From positions 15,154-79,153 of the forward strand of contig CAXHJY010000510.1 of the NCBI GenBank assembly GCA_964016885.1: a stretch of DNA of 64,000 bases. The letters are read 5' to 3'. The notes beneath the pieces are model-generated. The model was not told where the DNA came from, ran no database searches, and saw only the letters and a list, made by a program, of their open reading frames with translations. Position 1 is the first letter of the stretch. Every line of letters starts with the position of its first letter. Positions 26,288-39,620 of the stretch are shown in pieces. The position numbers were made by a program, and so were the translations under genes. Source of the DNA: Eledone cirrhosa (Eukaryota).

Positions 26288-26773
26288 TTGTATAAATATT
26301 TCGTATCTCCAAAGAAATACGGTTTTAGGAAGCCGTAGCTATGCAAACACCGGGGGGGGGGGGGGCTAACGCCCTCTGGTGCTGTCCAGCAGAAGCAGGG
26401 GGGACAACCGTCTATGCATTTCAGGCTTAACTGGCCATCGACAGGACGGTCCCTCCCACCGCTTGCGACTGCTGGACTAGAAGACAGGCGAGAATATATA
26501 CATTTCTCGTCTGTTGCATATGAAGCTGCATAAGTTGGCTCAACTTATAATAAAAAAAAGAAATAGGATTTCGCTTCAAGCATAGCTTTATACAATTTGT
26601 ATAAATATTTCGTATCTCCAAAGAAATACGGTTTTTGAAAGCCGTAGCTATGCAAACACCGGGGGACTAACGCCCTCTGGTGCTGTCCAGCAAGGGGGAC
26701 AACCGTCTATGCATTTCAGGCTTAACTGGCCATCGTCAAGTCGGTCCCTCCCACCGCTTGCGACTGCTGGACT
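26288..26773 (-). mobile_element. Retrozyme-like partial tandem (~300-bp unit, 1.6 copies), one minimal HHR per unit
   Basis: Minus 26407-26450: accgtc CTGTCGA tggc..gcct GAAA tgc ATA gacggt. Minus 26702-26745: core TTGACGA. Consensus CTGACGA; flanked by (TA)n. Confidence 0.75.
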
Positions 26774-26799
26774 ATATATATATATATATAAATATATAT

Positions 26800-27005
26800 A
26801 GAAGTGGTTACACAACAGTTAGTTCGCCATACCGAGAACAATTGTTTCACCTTAGCGGATCCTCTGCTCAAATGTGAGGATCCGCTAAGGTGAAACAATT
26901 GTTCTCGGTATGGTGAACTAACTGTTGTGTAAACACTTCTACCTAACTCGTCCCATGAACTGAGTGCTCTACCACTACGGATATTACCTTCCAGTGTTCT
27001 ACCAC
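26800..27005. mobile_element. Fold-back element centred on an HHR stem II
   Basis: caccttagcggatcctc-loop-gaggatccgctaaggt GAAAC aatt GTT; ~65-bp arms. Confidence 0.7.
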
Positions 27006-27449
27006 TATATATATATATATATATTGAATTTCCAATCTTTTGATAAGCGAAACCGTCGGTCATGGCATTAGAAGAGGTAAATATTTAAATCGCATTTTAA
27101 TTTATTTAAAAGATTGTTTAATGTTTACTTGTTCCGCTCATATTTACAGTTCTAGTATCTCAAATTAGTACCATAGAACAACCACTATTATAGACACCAT
27201 ATATATTTCCGTGGGTACTTAATACCTACTGGAATATCTATATCATTTATCTGAATTCTCCTTAATATAGAGAAAAAATGTTGTATCATGCTGCTATTTC
27301 TAGTAACATGAAATATCAACGAGTCTATAATTCCCGCTTTTTGTAACGGCCCATTTGTGTGGGGGTCATTTTAACGGCTTGATTCATTCACCGGGCAGAA
27401 AGCCATACATCTACATCTACGTGGATTTATGTCTAGTAGGTTTGGAAAA

Positions 27450-27529
27450 GTTATCTGAAGAGCTATGTCTTTCCATTGGAAATTCTCTGAATTTCCAATC
27501 TTTTGATAAGCGAAACCGTAGGTCATGGC
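27450..27529 (+). ncRNA. Type I hammerhead ribozyme in a partial tandem (27025-27604, ~463-bp period)
   Basis: gttat CTGAAGA gct...agc GAAAC cgtag GTC atggc; 3' half repeated at 27025-27066. Confidence 0.75.
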
Positions 27530-27814
27530 ACTAGAAGAGGTAAATATTTAAATCGTATTTTAATTTATTTAAAAGATTGTTTAACGTTTACTTGTTCCGC
27601 TCATATATATATATATATATATATATATTTGGTCGTTTTAACTGCTACTATTTCTAGTGGCAGTATATTGACCTTTCCGCCTCTGCCTTCTATCTTTGCA
27701 CACGGCACTGGACAGAATTGCTTCTATATCATTCACTCTCATCTCGGGAACAATTTTGAATAGCACCAGTTCGTAATTTGAACTCGGGAATTTTATATTC
27801 TCCGAGTGAAAAGA

Positions 27815-27886
27815 ACCCTCTGACGAGAGTCTTCCTTTTCAATGGATTATCCATTTATTTTGAGACTTGAAACCGTACGGTAGGGT
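27815..27886 (+). ncRNA. Type I hammerhead ribozyme
   Basis: accct CTGACGA gagtct...agactt GAAAC cgtacg GTA gggt; palindromic stem III ACCGTACGGT. Confidence 0.8.
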
Positions 27887-27971
27887 AATTACAGCAGGTA
27901 CAGTGAACTTTTTAAAATTTATTTTAAAACTTTTTCTTATTTGCTAAACCTTGATTATATATATATATATA

Positions 27972-28205
27972 TAGTTTTGCGAGGTTTTTTATATGAAATC
28001 GTGTGTCGAAACAAATATTGTTATACTTGGGAGGGTCATATTTGTGTAATAATATTGCCAGAATTAATAACAGAACACACTCACTATTTGGTTGGTTTTC
28101 GCTTCTGTGTCTTTTATATCGGTTAAATTAATTTATTCGGTCCTCAATGTTTACCATTGACTGACCAACGGTCAAAAATACAGATACAATATAGACACAA
28201 ACACA
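27972..28205 (+). mobile_element. pLTR-like fragment with an HHR 3' half; inverted pair of the same family at 36765-37170
   Basis: gtgtgtc GAAAC aaatatt GTT atac; near identity to 36765-36960 and to the reverse of 36975-37155. Confidence 0.65.
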
Positions 28206-28216
28206 TATATATAGTC

Positions 28217-28650
28217 TAACAAAGTTCTTTCGTTGCACATCTGCAACATTGTCAGTGGTGCTATTATGTTTCCTCCCGTTGTATTGTATGCTTACGCCAT
28301 CTTTATTTAGTCTGTTTATTTATTTATTTATTTGTTTATTTTTTGTCTTCTCTGTGCATGCGTTTGCGTGTGTGTATAGTGTTTTGTTTGATGTGTGTTC
28401 GTGTTTGGGTGACTGTGTATTGGTTATCGTATTCTATCTTAGTTTATTAGTGTGTGTTTATATGTGTTTGTTGTTATTGTGCTTGTGTATGTATTTATTT
28501 ATTTATTTATTTATTTATACTTCTCTTAGGTCAGTGTTGTTTGTTTGGGTGTTGTTATTCCATTCATTTTTTTATGTTTAGCCTTGGCCTTCTAAGTTCT
28601 ATTTCGCTGGCCTCTCTGATTTGCCTATCTGCTGGGTCATTTCAAATCTA
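28217..28650 (-). mobile_element. PLE 3' end (GIY-YIG C-terminus and degenerate HHR)
   Basis: Minus strand NDPADRQIREASEIELRRPRLN at ~28575-28640; CTGACAA tgttgc..gcaac GAAA gaacttt at 28217-28260. Confidence 0.6.
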
Positions 28651-28905
28651 CATGACATACCCTATTGCGTCACTACAGTCGTAGTGACGCAATAGTGACA
28701 TAGGATATGTCATGTACATTTTACACCCATTTTACACAAGAACCTATGGACCAATGGAGGGCACTGACACAGCGAGACACGGCGAGTCTATATTTAGTAT
28801 ACATAAACATTATATAAATCGTTATTCTGAAGTATGCTTATGTGATTATTGCATGCGTAGATGTGTAGTTTGAGTTAAACACATACTTGCACCTACTAAC
28901 ACATC

Positions 28906-28952
<47 letters not shown>

Positions 28953-29472
28953 ACAGTCCTATATACTCACAATCCCACAGACACAAACATAGACACATTA
29001 TGCGTGTGTGTGTGTGTATGTATGTATGTGATAGTTTGTGTATGCGTATAAGTGGGTGTGAGTGAGCCTGTCCTTTCGTGTATGTGTATACGTGGTTATG
29101 TGTGCGAACGTGTGTATGCTTGCATGCACTTGTATACACACATAGGCCTGTATATATATATATATATATATAACACTCAATGCTATAGCAGAGTGTATTA
29201 GGTTTCACATTCAAGTTTTTATTGAATTTGTTAATCAGGCAAAACCAAAATCTCATCTGGAAGAAGATTGGGACTGAAGTCGGGTCTACAACATTGATAT
29301 CGATCCTGAGTCACCCACCTGTGAAATGTTTGTAACTGAGCAAAATCAATAAAAACCTGAATGAAACCTCATTTTGTTTTTAATATATATATACTCTGCT
29401 AAGAGTATATATATATATAAGATCCCGTTAAGGGTGAAAGCAACGTTTCTTTGCTTAAACTTTAATCTGTTA

Positions 29473-29515
<43 letters not shown>

Positions 29516-29711
29516 TCATTTAATTTATTAATTTATTAATTTATTAATTTTTTCGGCTGTGCGAATGATTTTAGCCATCGTCTCTATGTGTTGGTACTTT
29601 AACGATAGTTATAGCTCTGGTTCTTCCAAACTATTGAGCCCTCTGCCACACATGTCGAAGATTGTTTATCGTTATTTCGTGGGCCGAGATTCTGATTCTC
29701 GATTATTTACT

Positions 29712-29762
<51 letters not shown>

Positions 29763-29786
29763 AATGTAATCTGAGTTTTTCTAATA

Positions 29787-29972
29787 TTAATAATTGTTTC
29801 TACTTTAGGCACAAGGGGCCAGCAATTATCCCAGTGCATTACTGGTACTTTATTTTATTGACCCCCGTAAGGATGAAAGGCAAAGTTAACCTCGGCGGGA
29901 TTTGAACTCAGACCGTAAAGGGACGTAACTATGCTAGAAAGCCTGGCGTCCGACCCTCTACAGATACTGCCA
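29787..29972 (-). mobile_element. tRNA-derived SINE family A (~190 bp). Other copies near 32731(+), 32852(+), 34551(+), 35250(-), 37350(-), 37570(-), 38475(-), 39744(-), 39945(-), 40533(+), 41075(+), 58267(+)
   Basis: Box A-like tggcagtatcgg, box B gagttcaaatcc, core gcctttcatccttacggggtcgataaaataaagtacc, (ATT)n tail. Confidence 0.9.
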
Positions 29973-30249
29973 ATTATGCAAACAAGCCATGTCAGTAGAC
30001 TGAGCCCCTCATTCTTGCTCTTGTGTTGGCATGTAATAAAATGAGGCTTGTTTGCATAATTGCAAACGAATCGAATATTATTATTAATATTCGAAAAACT
30101 CAGATTATATTTATTATATTCAGCCATGTAGAGCGAAAAAATGTTTATATATATATATATATAATGAAAAATTGAACAGGGACAGAACAGAGAGGCAGTA
30201 CGATAAATGTTTATTAAATTCACGCTCAGGAGAGTGGGGAGTAGGTGGG

Positions 30250-30283
30250 GGACGACGTTTCGGGCATAAGCCCTTCTTAGGTA
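30250..30283 (-). ncRNA. Degenerate minimal PLE-type HHR
   Basis: Minus strand: ac CTAAGAA gggc ttat gccc GAAAC GTC gt (one core substitution). Confidence 0.6.
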
Positions 30284-30500
30284 ATGCGTGGAAGGAAAGA
30301 CAAAGTGTGGGAAGGTGTGTAAAGTTCGAAGAAAGGTCACGGCGGATTAGATCGGGGTTGAGCCGGTTGTTAAGTTAAGTATTTATCTTGACTCTGTTTT
30401 CCTATGATTTTCATCGAAAAATTTTTTAATGCATCTTCTCTTTTCATGATATTTAGATTACATTGAGTTCTTCGTATTGGACACTACCGTATATTTTGGT

Positions 30501-30570
<70 letters not shown>

Positions 30571-30948
30571 ATATATATATATATAAGATCAAAAGATGGT
30601 TAAAAGAGTTCCATGTATTTTATTATAACCATCTTTTGATCTTATATATTATTATTTATACTCAAGTCCTACAAACTGTAGAGTGCTACTTATCCGATAT
30701 CTGCATTGCTTTATTGTACTACAATAAAACTCACCTCCTACATATATATATATATATATATATATAGTAATAATAATAAATTTGAAGACTAAAATCCAAA
30801 GAGGGCTCGATAAGGATAAATATATATCAAATATATAAGAACCGTAGAGCAAATATTTATTAAAATAACAGATTAAAGTTTAAGCAAAGAATCGCTGCTT
30901 TCACCCTTAACGGGATCTTCTTTGCTTAAACTGTAATCTGTTATTTTA

Positions 30949-31020
<72 letters not shown>

Positions 31021-31339
31021 AAACATATATAATAGTGATAATAATATTATTATTATTATTAAGTTGTGTATTGAAACTTTACCAAAAGGTTAGAATCTCA
31101 ATGTAATCGGGTTCACGCAGAGCTGTTATTTACTATCTATAAAAGAAAAACACAAAATAATCAATGCATCTTCAAACTAACATGTTTCAGCCAGCTTAAA
31201 CGTCGTCCCGGGGGTCATAGTTACAGTTTTTTTTTAAAAACTAAAATATTTTAAATTTTAAAATAAAATAAAAAATTAATTTACTAAAAGGACCTTCATA
31301 AATTATTTAGAAAGTACAACTTAAGCATAACTATAGACA

Positions 31340-31540
31340 AGAACACTAGTATGGTAAATGTCCTAGATCTTACGACAGCAACCTACAGACTTTACCATAA
31401 ACCGGGACAACACATTTGTTATATAGATACGAAAGCAAACCACCCAAGATCGACTCTTAACTGTTAAGGACTTATCCAATAGAATTAGTAGAGGTTTAAT
31501 ATGCCCAACAAAACAATCTATATAGTACTAAAACTCTGAT

Positions 31541-31601
<61 letters not shown>

Positions 31602-31941
31602 ACACACTTTCTCTCTCTATATATATGTTCATATTTGTGTATATACAGGTTGTCCCCCCCAAAAAAAATGTATACCCACTTTGATTGCCTATACATGCAT
31701 TATTTGTTAGGATGGTGTATACATTTTTAGGGACCCCGGTATTATTATATATATAGTGTCCCCGAAAAATGTATACACACTTTGATTACCTGTACAGGCA
31801 ATATATATATTAGAATGGTGTATACATTTTTCAGGACCCAGGTATATATATATATGGTGTCCCCGAAAAATGTATACACACTTTGATTACCTGTACAGGC
31901 AATATATATATTAGAATGATGTATACATTTTTAGGGACCCT

Positions 31942-32026
<85 letters not shown>

Positions 32027-33480
32027 TGTCCCCGAAAAATGTATACACACTTTGATTACCTGTACAGGCAATATATATATTAGAATGGTGTATACATTTT
32101 TAGGGACACCGGTATATATATATATATATATATGGTGTCCCGGGAAAATGTATACACTTTGATTACCTGTACTAGACTACTCGTGACCCGTTGGGTCACG
32201 AGTAGTCTAGTATCTTATAATATGGTGATGAAAGGACGTAAACCAAAACAAAATTATTCCAACTCCAACAATCAAATGTTAAACGGTAATATACAACCTA
32301 ATGCTACCAAATTAAAACTCTATAAGAAGCCATCCGATAACAGCACGGTAACTAAACACACAGAAATCATAGGAAACCTACCTCGAGTAGCCATCACCCA
32401 TTAAAGCATTAATAATAGGAGTCCAGGTGAATACGTTAAACAGAAGAACCTAATAAACCCAACCAAAAAATAGGACTAATAGTAAAAATATTTTTTAATC
32501 CTCTGTTCAATTTGGATGTTTCAACAAATATCTCCAGAATGTTCTTTCTGTTAGATAGAATTTCCCACCTGGACATAAATATCATTAGACTAATTAACAA
32601 GAATACCATAAAACTATCTAATTAGCCTAATAAAGACTAATATAGCCACATTTAACAAGAAAAATAATGAAAAAGATGCCCCACACTGAATAATCTTGTG
32701 ACACAGGTGGAGGACACGTCTCATTATTATAATCCCGCCGAGGTTAACTTTGCCTTTCATCCTTACGGGGTCGATAAAATAAAGTACCAGTAATACACTG
32801 GGTAATTGCTGGCCTTGTGCCTAACGTAGAAACAATTATTATAATAACTGTCGGGGTGGATTGGCAGTATCGGTAGAGGGTCGGATACCATGCTTTGCAG
32901 CAAAGAGTTACGGTCCTTTATGGTCTGAGTTCAAATCCCGCCTTTCATCCTTAAGGGGTCGATAAAATAAAGTACCAATAATACACTGGGATAATTGCTG
33001 GCCTTGTGCCAAAAGTAGAAACAATTATTATAATAACCGTCCAACATATATTAACATATATTACTGAGTCTATCTACATAGACACCAGACTAAACGAAAT
33101 TAACTCCCTTCACACCACGAATACGCAAACGAATTCTAATAATATACACAGGAGAAAAACCCTACAAAATAGTATAAATGATAATCCAATAAGCAACATC
33201 TCTAATAGAAATTTTAATAGAAACTTATCTGATAGCAACCAACCTAGATGTAGTTCCTATAACCTTAACAGTAATAGTAGGAATAAGGCAGATTGGCCAC
33301 TTAATAATAGATGCTTAACTAAAAACATTGTATATGTCTAGTAAGTACGCATAATACATCCAAACTATATATAGAGGCCACAGCCAATAATTTAAAAAAC
33401 AAAAAAGGTTCTATGCCCATAATATTACACCAAATGCTCCACTCAAAATTCTTTCAAGTATGAAATACCACACCATAATG
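31340..33480 (+). mobile_element. Decayed PLE (Naiad-like RT C-terminus and GIY-YIG), interrupted by MITEs and SINEs
   Basis: YHKPGQHICYIDTKANHP, FNPLFNLDVSTNISRMF, LINKNTIKLS, WPLNNRCLTKNIVY. Confidence 0.6.
31646..32169. repeat. Tandem array (~4.5 copies) of a ~100-bp Tc1/mariner-type MITE
   Basis: Each unit ggtgtccccgaaaaatgtatacac...gtgtatacatttttagggacacc has TIRs; units separated by (TA)n. Confidence 0.75.
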
Positions 33481-33849
33481 GTCTTTTTCAAACACGATTA
33501 CGGTTGAGTGCTCATGCTTTTATTCCATGACGCAAATGCTCACACGGAACAAACTTTTTCAATGGTGCCCTCAATTTGGAATACTGTAAAAGATATACAA
33601 AATATATTTATATGTACTTTTCCTGATAAAGAATAAACAAAAACTGCATACTCAAATTCTGTATTTTTTTTTATTATGTTGGATTTTTGGTTTGGACAAA
33701 GATCTGGGAGAAGCCATCTGCAAGTTGACTGTCTAAACAGGGCTACAAATATGTAACAACTTCTCAGAGGACTGTCTGACCATGTACAAAAGATTGGTCG
33801 AAAAAAGAAACTCCTGGAGATGGCATATACAGTGGAGCCTCGGCTCACG

Positions 33850-34107
33850 AAATTAATTCGTTCCTGAAGTCTCGTCATCCGAAATGTTTGTAAACCGAAA
33901 CTATTTTCCTATACGAAATGCTGAGAGTTAAGGGCCGATACACTCGCTTGAGAGGCAGGGATTCTACTCTTAAGACCTTCTGCTGTCCATATGTGCTATG
34001 CAGATTGGAGGAAATAGAGCAGTGGAAATTGATGAATCCAAATTCCTTCTCCCAAAATACCACCGTGGTTCCTATCGAGGGGGTCACTGGATTTTAGGAA
34101 TGGTGGG
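33850..34107 (+). mobile_element. Merlin/ISXO2-like DDE transposase fragment
   Basis: QIGGNRAVEIDESKF..KYHRG...GHWILG. Confidence 0.7.
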
Positions 34108-35189
34108 ATGGCATGGCCTAATTATTAGGACTTACGATCATAATGCCGTTAGTTCGATTCGTGGACAGGGTGATGTGTTAAGCTTTTGAGCAAAACTCTT
34201 TATCTCACGTTGTTCCAGTACACTCAGCTGAAAGTAAGTGCCAACTGAAGCTGGGGAGTTATACCTGTAATAGACCAGCCTCCTGTCCAGGGAGAGTCTT
34301 GTACACTCAATCGCTTAACGCCAAGAAAACTATGGAAAGTATCGGCTTGCTGAGCCTTTGGCTTGGAACAGATGAAGAGAACGGCACAGCCTTAGATGTG
34401 TTCTTGAGCCTGTCTCAGATTGAAGTGTTTTTACTTCATTGTTCATAATTCAGCACGTGTTGCCAGGCACTAATTTGTTGGCGCGCTTAACAATTACCAA
34501 ATTAGACATTATGAATCTATCTTAATTTTATTAATATTGAATATAAAAAAGGGGCGGTGGATTGGCAGTATCGGTAGAGGGTCTGACGCACAGAGTTACG
34601 GCCTTTGCCATTCTGAGTTCAAATCCTGCCCAGGTTAACTTTGCCTTTCATCCTTATGGGGTCGATAAAATAAAGTACCAGTTATGCACTGGGTAATTGC
34701 TGGTCTTGAGCCAAAAGTAGAAACAATTAATATTGAGTATAATACTTTTCTTTCATATTTTAAACATTAACAAATCTACCATTTGAGCTTAACATATAGC
34801 AATATCAATTTCTTATTCCACTTCTACAATACCCCAAAAGAAAGATCACCTCACTTTTATTTTATTGTCTACCGAACATAAATGTTATATATATACTATG
34901 TGAAAAATAAGAAATTATAGATTAAAATATAGAGTTGATAATATTCCGGATTATTAACTATATAATTACAGTATATATTTCTATAAGTTTCTACTGTTAT
35001 TGTTCAGAATGAAATTTGTTGACGATAAACTCGTCTACCCGCGCCTAATCTTAACTATAGATGGGAGTCGAGCCAGGAAGAACCCCTACTTTCAACGGTA
35101 GCTTGATCTGCTACAAATATCAGTCAAATTCCCTGCATATTCCATTATACGAGCGTTAAATGGCCGGCTTTGCCAAATTCAAAGAAAAA

Positions 35190-35705
35190 AGAAAATTTCG
35201 CTCTACATGGCTGAATACAATAAATGTAATCTGAGTTTTTCGAATATTAATAATTGTTTCTACTTTAGGCACAAGGCCAGCAATTACCAGTACATTACTG
35301 GTACTTTATTTTATCGACCCCGTAAGGATGAAAGGCTAAGTCAACCTTGGCGGGATTTGAACTCAGATCGTAAAGGGACGTAACTATGCTGGAAAGCATG
35401 GCGTCCGACCCTCTACCGATACTGCCAAACATTCGATTCGTTTGCAATTTTGCAAACCAGCCTCAATTTTATAGCCATGTCAGTAGAATGAACACTTCAT
35501 TCTTGCTCTTGTGTTGGCATGCGAACAGAACTAGCTCTGACAGTTGGGCAGGTGAACTGTGAGCTGTACTGATGAAGGGTGGTACCCAGAAACATTAGTG
35601 TCTGCAGTTCTGTTCGCATGCCAACACAAGAGCAAGAATGAAGGGTTCATTCTACTGACATGGTTATAAAATGTTTTGAGGTTGTTTGCAAAATTGCAAA
35701 CAAAT
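35190..35705. mobile_element. HHR-bearing fold-back element with SINE A in its left arm; related copy at 29760-30150
   Basis: Inverted arms around CTGATGA agggtggtaccca GAAAC (35569-35593). Confidence 0.75.
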
Positions 35706-36256
35706 TTTTTTTTTTTAGTATATGCTGGTTGTGAAGGCGTGTGGCTGAGTGGTTAGAGAATTGGAATCACAATCGTAAGGTTGTGAGTTCGTTTCCCGGA
35801 CCGGGTAATCCGTTATGTCCTTGAGCAAGACACTTTATTTCACGTTGCTCCTTCTACCTGGAGTTGCGACCGATAAATAGTATTAGCAACTGGAAAGACC
35901 AACGGAAACATTGTTTCCTCGGTCCGATTTGACGAAAGTCGATCGATATATATATATATATATTAAGACAGGGGGGGAAGAAAAATGGCTTCACTTGTGC
36001 TTTCAACAAATTTATTTTCTTCACAAAATCCAAAAAGAATTTTTCTTAAAAAAAATTATTTTATAAATTAAGTTGTTGGTTGTTTGTTAGGTCTTATGAG
36101 TTAACGTAGGAGGTATTGTTTCGTTTTTAGAAAGACCTTTCACGCTGAGGTGCGCTTGTCAAACGCATAGAGCTTAACTAGCTACCGTCACATATTTGGT
36201 AAGTCAGACATGATCATCGCGATTCACATACGACCTACCATACATCTTACTTATAT

Positions 36257-36313
<57 letters not shown>

Positions 36314-36498
36314 CGAAGGAAATGTAGTAAGGAACCAGGTGGACCATAACGCACCAAAGTACTCAATACTTAGGGTAGTAGAGTGGGTAATAGGAACGAG
36401 TAGGACCCCGACGGCTGAGCTCAAGCTAATTCTGAAAGGCACAGTCCAGAATTAGCCGTCGAAACGGCTTGAGCTCAGCCGTCGGGGTCCTACTCGTT

Positions 36499-36545
<47 letters not shown>

Positions 36546-36698
36546 AAAATAACAGATTAAAGTTTAAGCAAAGAATCGCTGCTTTCACTCTTAACAGGAT
36601 CTTCTGAAATATTGGCTTCACGGTCCTTATATATTTGATATATATTTATCCTTATCGAGCCCTCTTTGGATTTTAGTCTTCAAATTTATTATTATTAC

Positions 36699-36770
<72 letters not shown>

Positions 36771-38574
36771 ATACTTGGGGAGGGTCATATTTGTGTAATA
36801 TTGCCAGAATTAATAACAGAACACACTCACTGTTTGGTTGGTTTTCGCTTCTCGCTTCTGTGTCTTTTATATCGGTAATCTAACTTATTCGGTCCTCAAT
36901 GTTGCCATTGACTGACCGACGGTCAAAAATAATACAGATACAATATAGACACAAACACATATATATAGTTTATCATTGAGGACCGAATAAGTTAGATTAC
37001 CGATATAAAAGACACAGAAGCGAGAAGCGAAAACCAACCAAACAGTGAGTGTGTTCTGTTATTACTTCTGGCAATATTACACAAATATGACCCTCCCCAA
37101 GTATAACAATATTTGTTTCGACACACGATTTCATATAAAAAACCTCGCAAAACTAATTCATCGCCGCTATATATATACTAAATACTTTCAGAACTTTCTC
37201 TAATAACTAACTGAACAAAATACCCTAACTTTATAAAGGAAATCTTTAACAACCCCTGTCACCAATGCTAGTTATAACAAATGTTTTAAATATAGACATG
37301 AATTACATTACAAATACGTAAATAACATTATAAATAAAAAGATATATAATAATAATTGTTTCTACTTTTGGCACAAGGCCAGCTATCATCACAGTGTATT
37401 ACTGGTACTTTATTTTATCGACCCCGTAAGGATGAAAGGCAAAGTTAACCTCGGCGGGATTTTAACTCAGACCATAAAGCATAAAGGGCCGTAACTCTTT
37501 ATGGTCTGAGAGGCACAAGGTCAGCAATTTGGAGGGAGGGATAAGTCGATTAAATCGACCCCAATGCGTGACTGGTACTTTATTTTATTGACACCGTAAG
37601 GGTGAAAGGCAAAGTTAACCTCGACGGGATTTGAACTCAGATCATAACGGGCTGTAACTCTATGCTGCAAAGCATATATAATAATAATTGTTTCTACATT
37701 TGGCACAAGGCCAGCAATTACCCAGTACATTACTGGTACTTTATAAGCATATATAATAATAATACAATGCTTACAGAACGAAGGCACAAATATTATATAT
37801 AGGAATGGGAAAACAAACAAAAAAAGAGGAAAAGAAAGAGAAAAGAAAAATATAAGAAAAATCACAGAATCGGTTTGCACACACATCAAGGACCACATAC
37901 AATAAAGGGCAGGTGAAAGGGGTGGACAACCGAGCTGCGACCAGAGCAAAAGATAACAGTATTGCGAGGAACACTGGGAAACCTCTCTAATAATTTTTGA
38001 AGCAAGCCAGCATGCTCGCAGCGTTATCTCAGCGAGGCTGAGGTGCTGGAACAACCAAGTGCCCTCACGAGCTTCACCAGTTATCTCAGTTAGGCGAGCC
38101 GCCAGTGAAGATGTCAGTAGCCTGACTCCCCCAAACGCCTTTTACTTCGTGAATTCATAAAAAGGTGAGGGGAAATAATTTTATTTTACTATAAAAACAG
38201 TGTAAGGGAGATAATTCTACCAATAGATGACAAGGGAAATAACTTTTAATTTATGAAAATATAAACAGTTCAAAACAAATATCTCTGTATCGTTGAATCA
38301 GGGATGTTGATTCCAGGTAGACTGGTATTAAACAGTTAAGTTAATGTTTGGAACATAACTTAATAAAAGTACTTACAGAAAATTATGATAAAAGGTTTTT
38401 TAAGTCATAGACTTTAATCTTTCAAATAATTTCGAAAAAAAGAAATTGGTGAGATTTAGAAATATAATATATAAAATAATTGTTTCTACTTTTGGCACAA
38501 GGCCAGCAATTACCCCAGAGCATTACTGGTGCTTTATTTTATCGACCTCATAAGGATGAAAGACAAAGTTAAAT

Positions 38575-39620
38575 CAGAGAATTTTTCTTGCCTCCCTTCT
38601 TGAAAATTGGGATTATCCCACAAGATTGCCAATGCTTAGGTGCCTTTCCAGGAATCCAGATCACCTGGCACACACAAGTCAGCCGGTGAATATTTTCTAT
38701 TTAAGGCGTTGAATATCTCAATCCAAATTTCGTCCGCCCCATGGGACTTGTCACATTTGAGCTCTTTAATTGCTTTGATGACATTAGCCTTTGAGAAATT
38801 AGTCTTCGCTCCCAGATGCACCTCGTGTACATCTGATGCTGTTGTGACTGGGTTTAGATCAGCAAATTTTTATCTCCATCTTGCACAGATACTACTCTCT
38901 GAAGAAAGGCGAACCCGAGACACGTTGCTGATAGCAGGCATTCAGGAGAACTTTATGAAATTGGCAGATGGTTTGCTAGAACACTTTGTATGCTGATCTG
39001 GAGTCAGATTCCAGCTTAACCCCAAATTCCTCCCATGTCATATTTTTGGATGCCTTTACTGTGTCTTCTGCAACTTTTCACACCTATCTGTAAAGTGCCA
39101 AGCTTTGTACACCCCCTTGCCTTTGACGGCATATTTGACCACTTGATTAAACCAATGGTTCCTCCCGTCATTCAGTGCTACACCAAGCTACTTTCAATTA
39201 GAGCATTTAACAGCTAAAGCAGAAATTGCCAAGCTGAACTGTCTGTACTATTGGCTACATCCTCAGTTTGTTCAAGGAGTTCTCTGAATTTGGATGCTAT
39301 ATTATCCACGAACCTGTTCCTAACTTCCTTATCTACCAGCGCTTCCTACTTTAACCGATAGGTTGAACTGGGCTTGCAGGTTTTGTGTGTTTTCTTGTCT
39401 CAGACTGCAGATAACTCGGTGGTGATTCGTTGTCAGTTCAGACCTCTCTTAACACGAACATCCAGCACAGAATTGAAGAGATCAGGGACAATAACAAAAC
39501 CAATTATTGCTCTCTCTCCCTGATTCTCCTTATACCATGTGTATTTATGGATGCCTTTGTCTCTGGAAGAAGTTGTTCATCATAAAGAGCCCACTATTAG
39601 GACAGTACCCAAAAGGAAGT
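38575..39620 (-). mobile_element. Decayed RTE-like LINE fragment
   Basis: KAIKELKCDKSHGADEIWIEIF, IIPIFKKG; APE remnants near 39400-39600. Confidence 0.65.
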
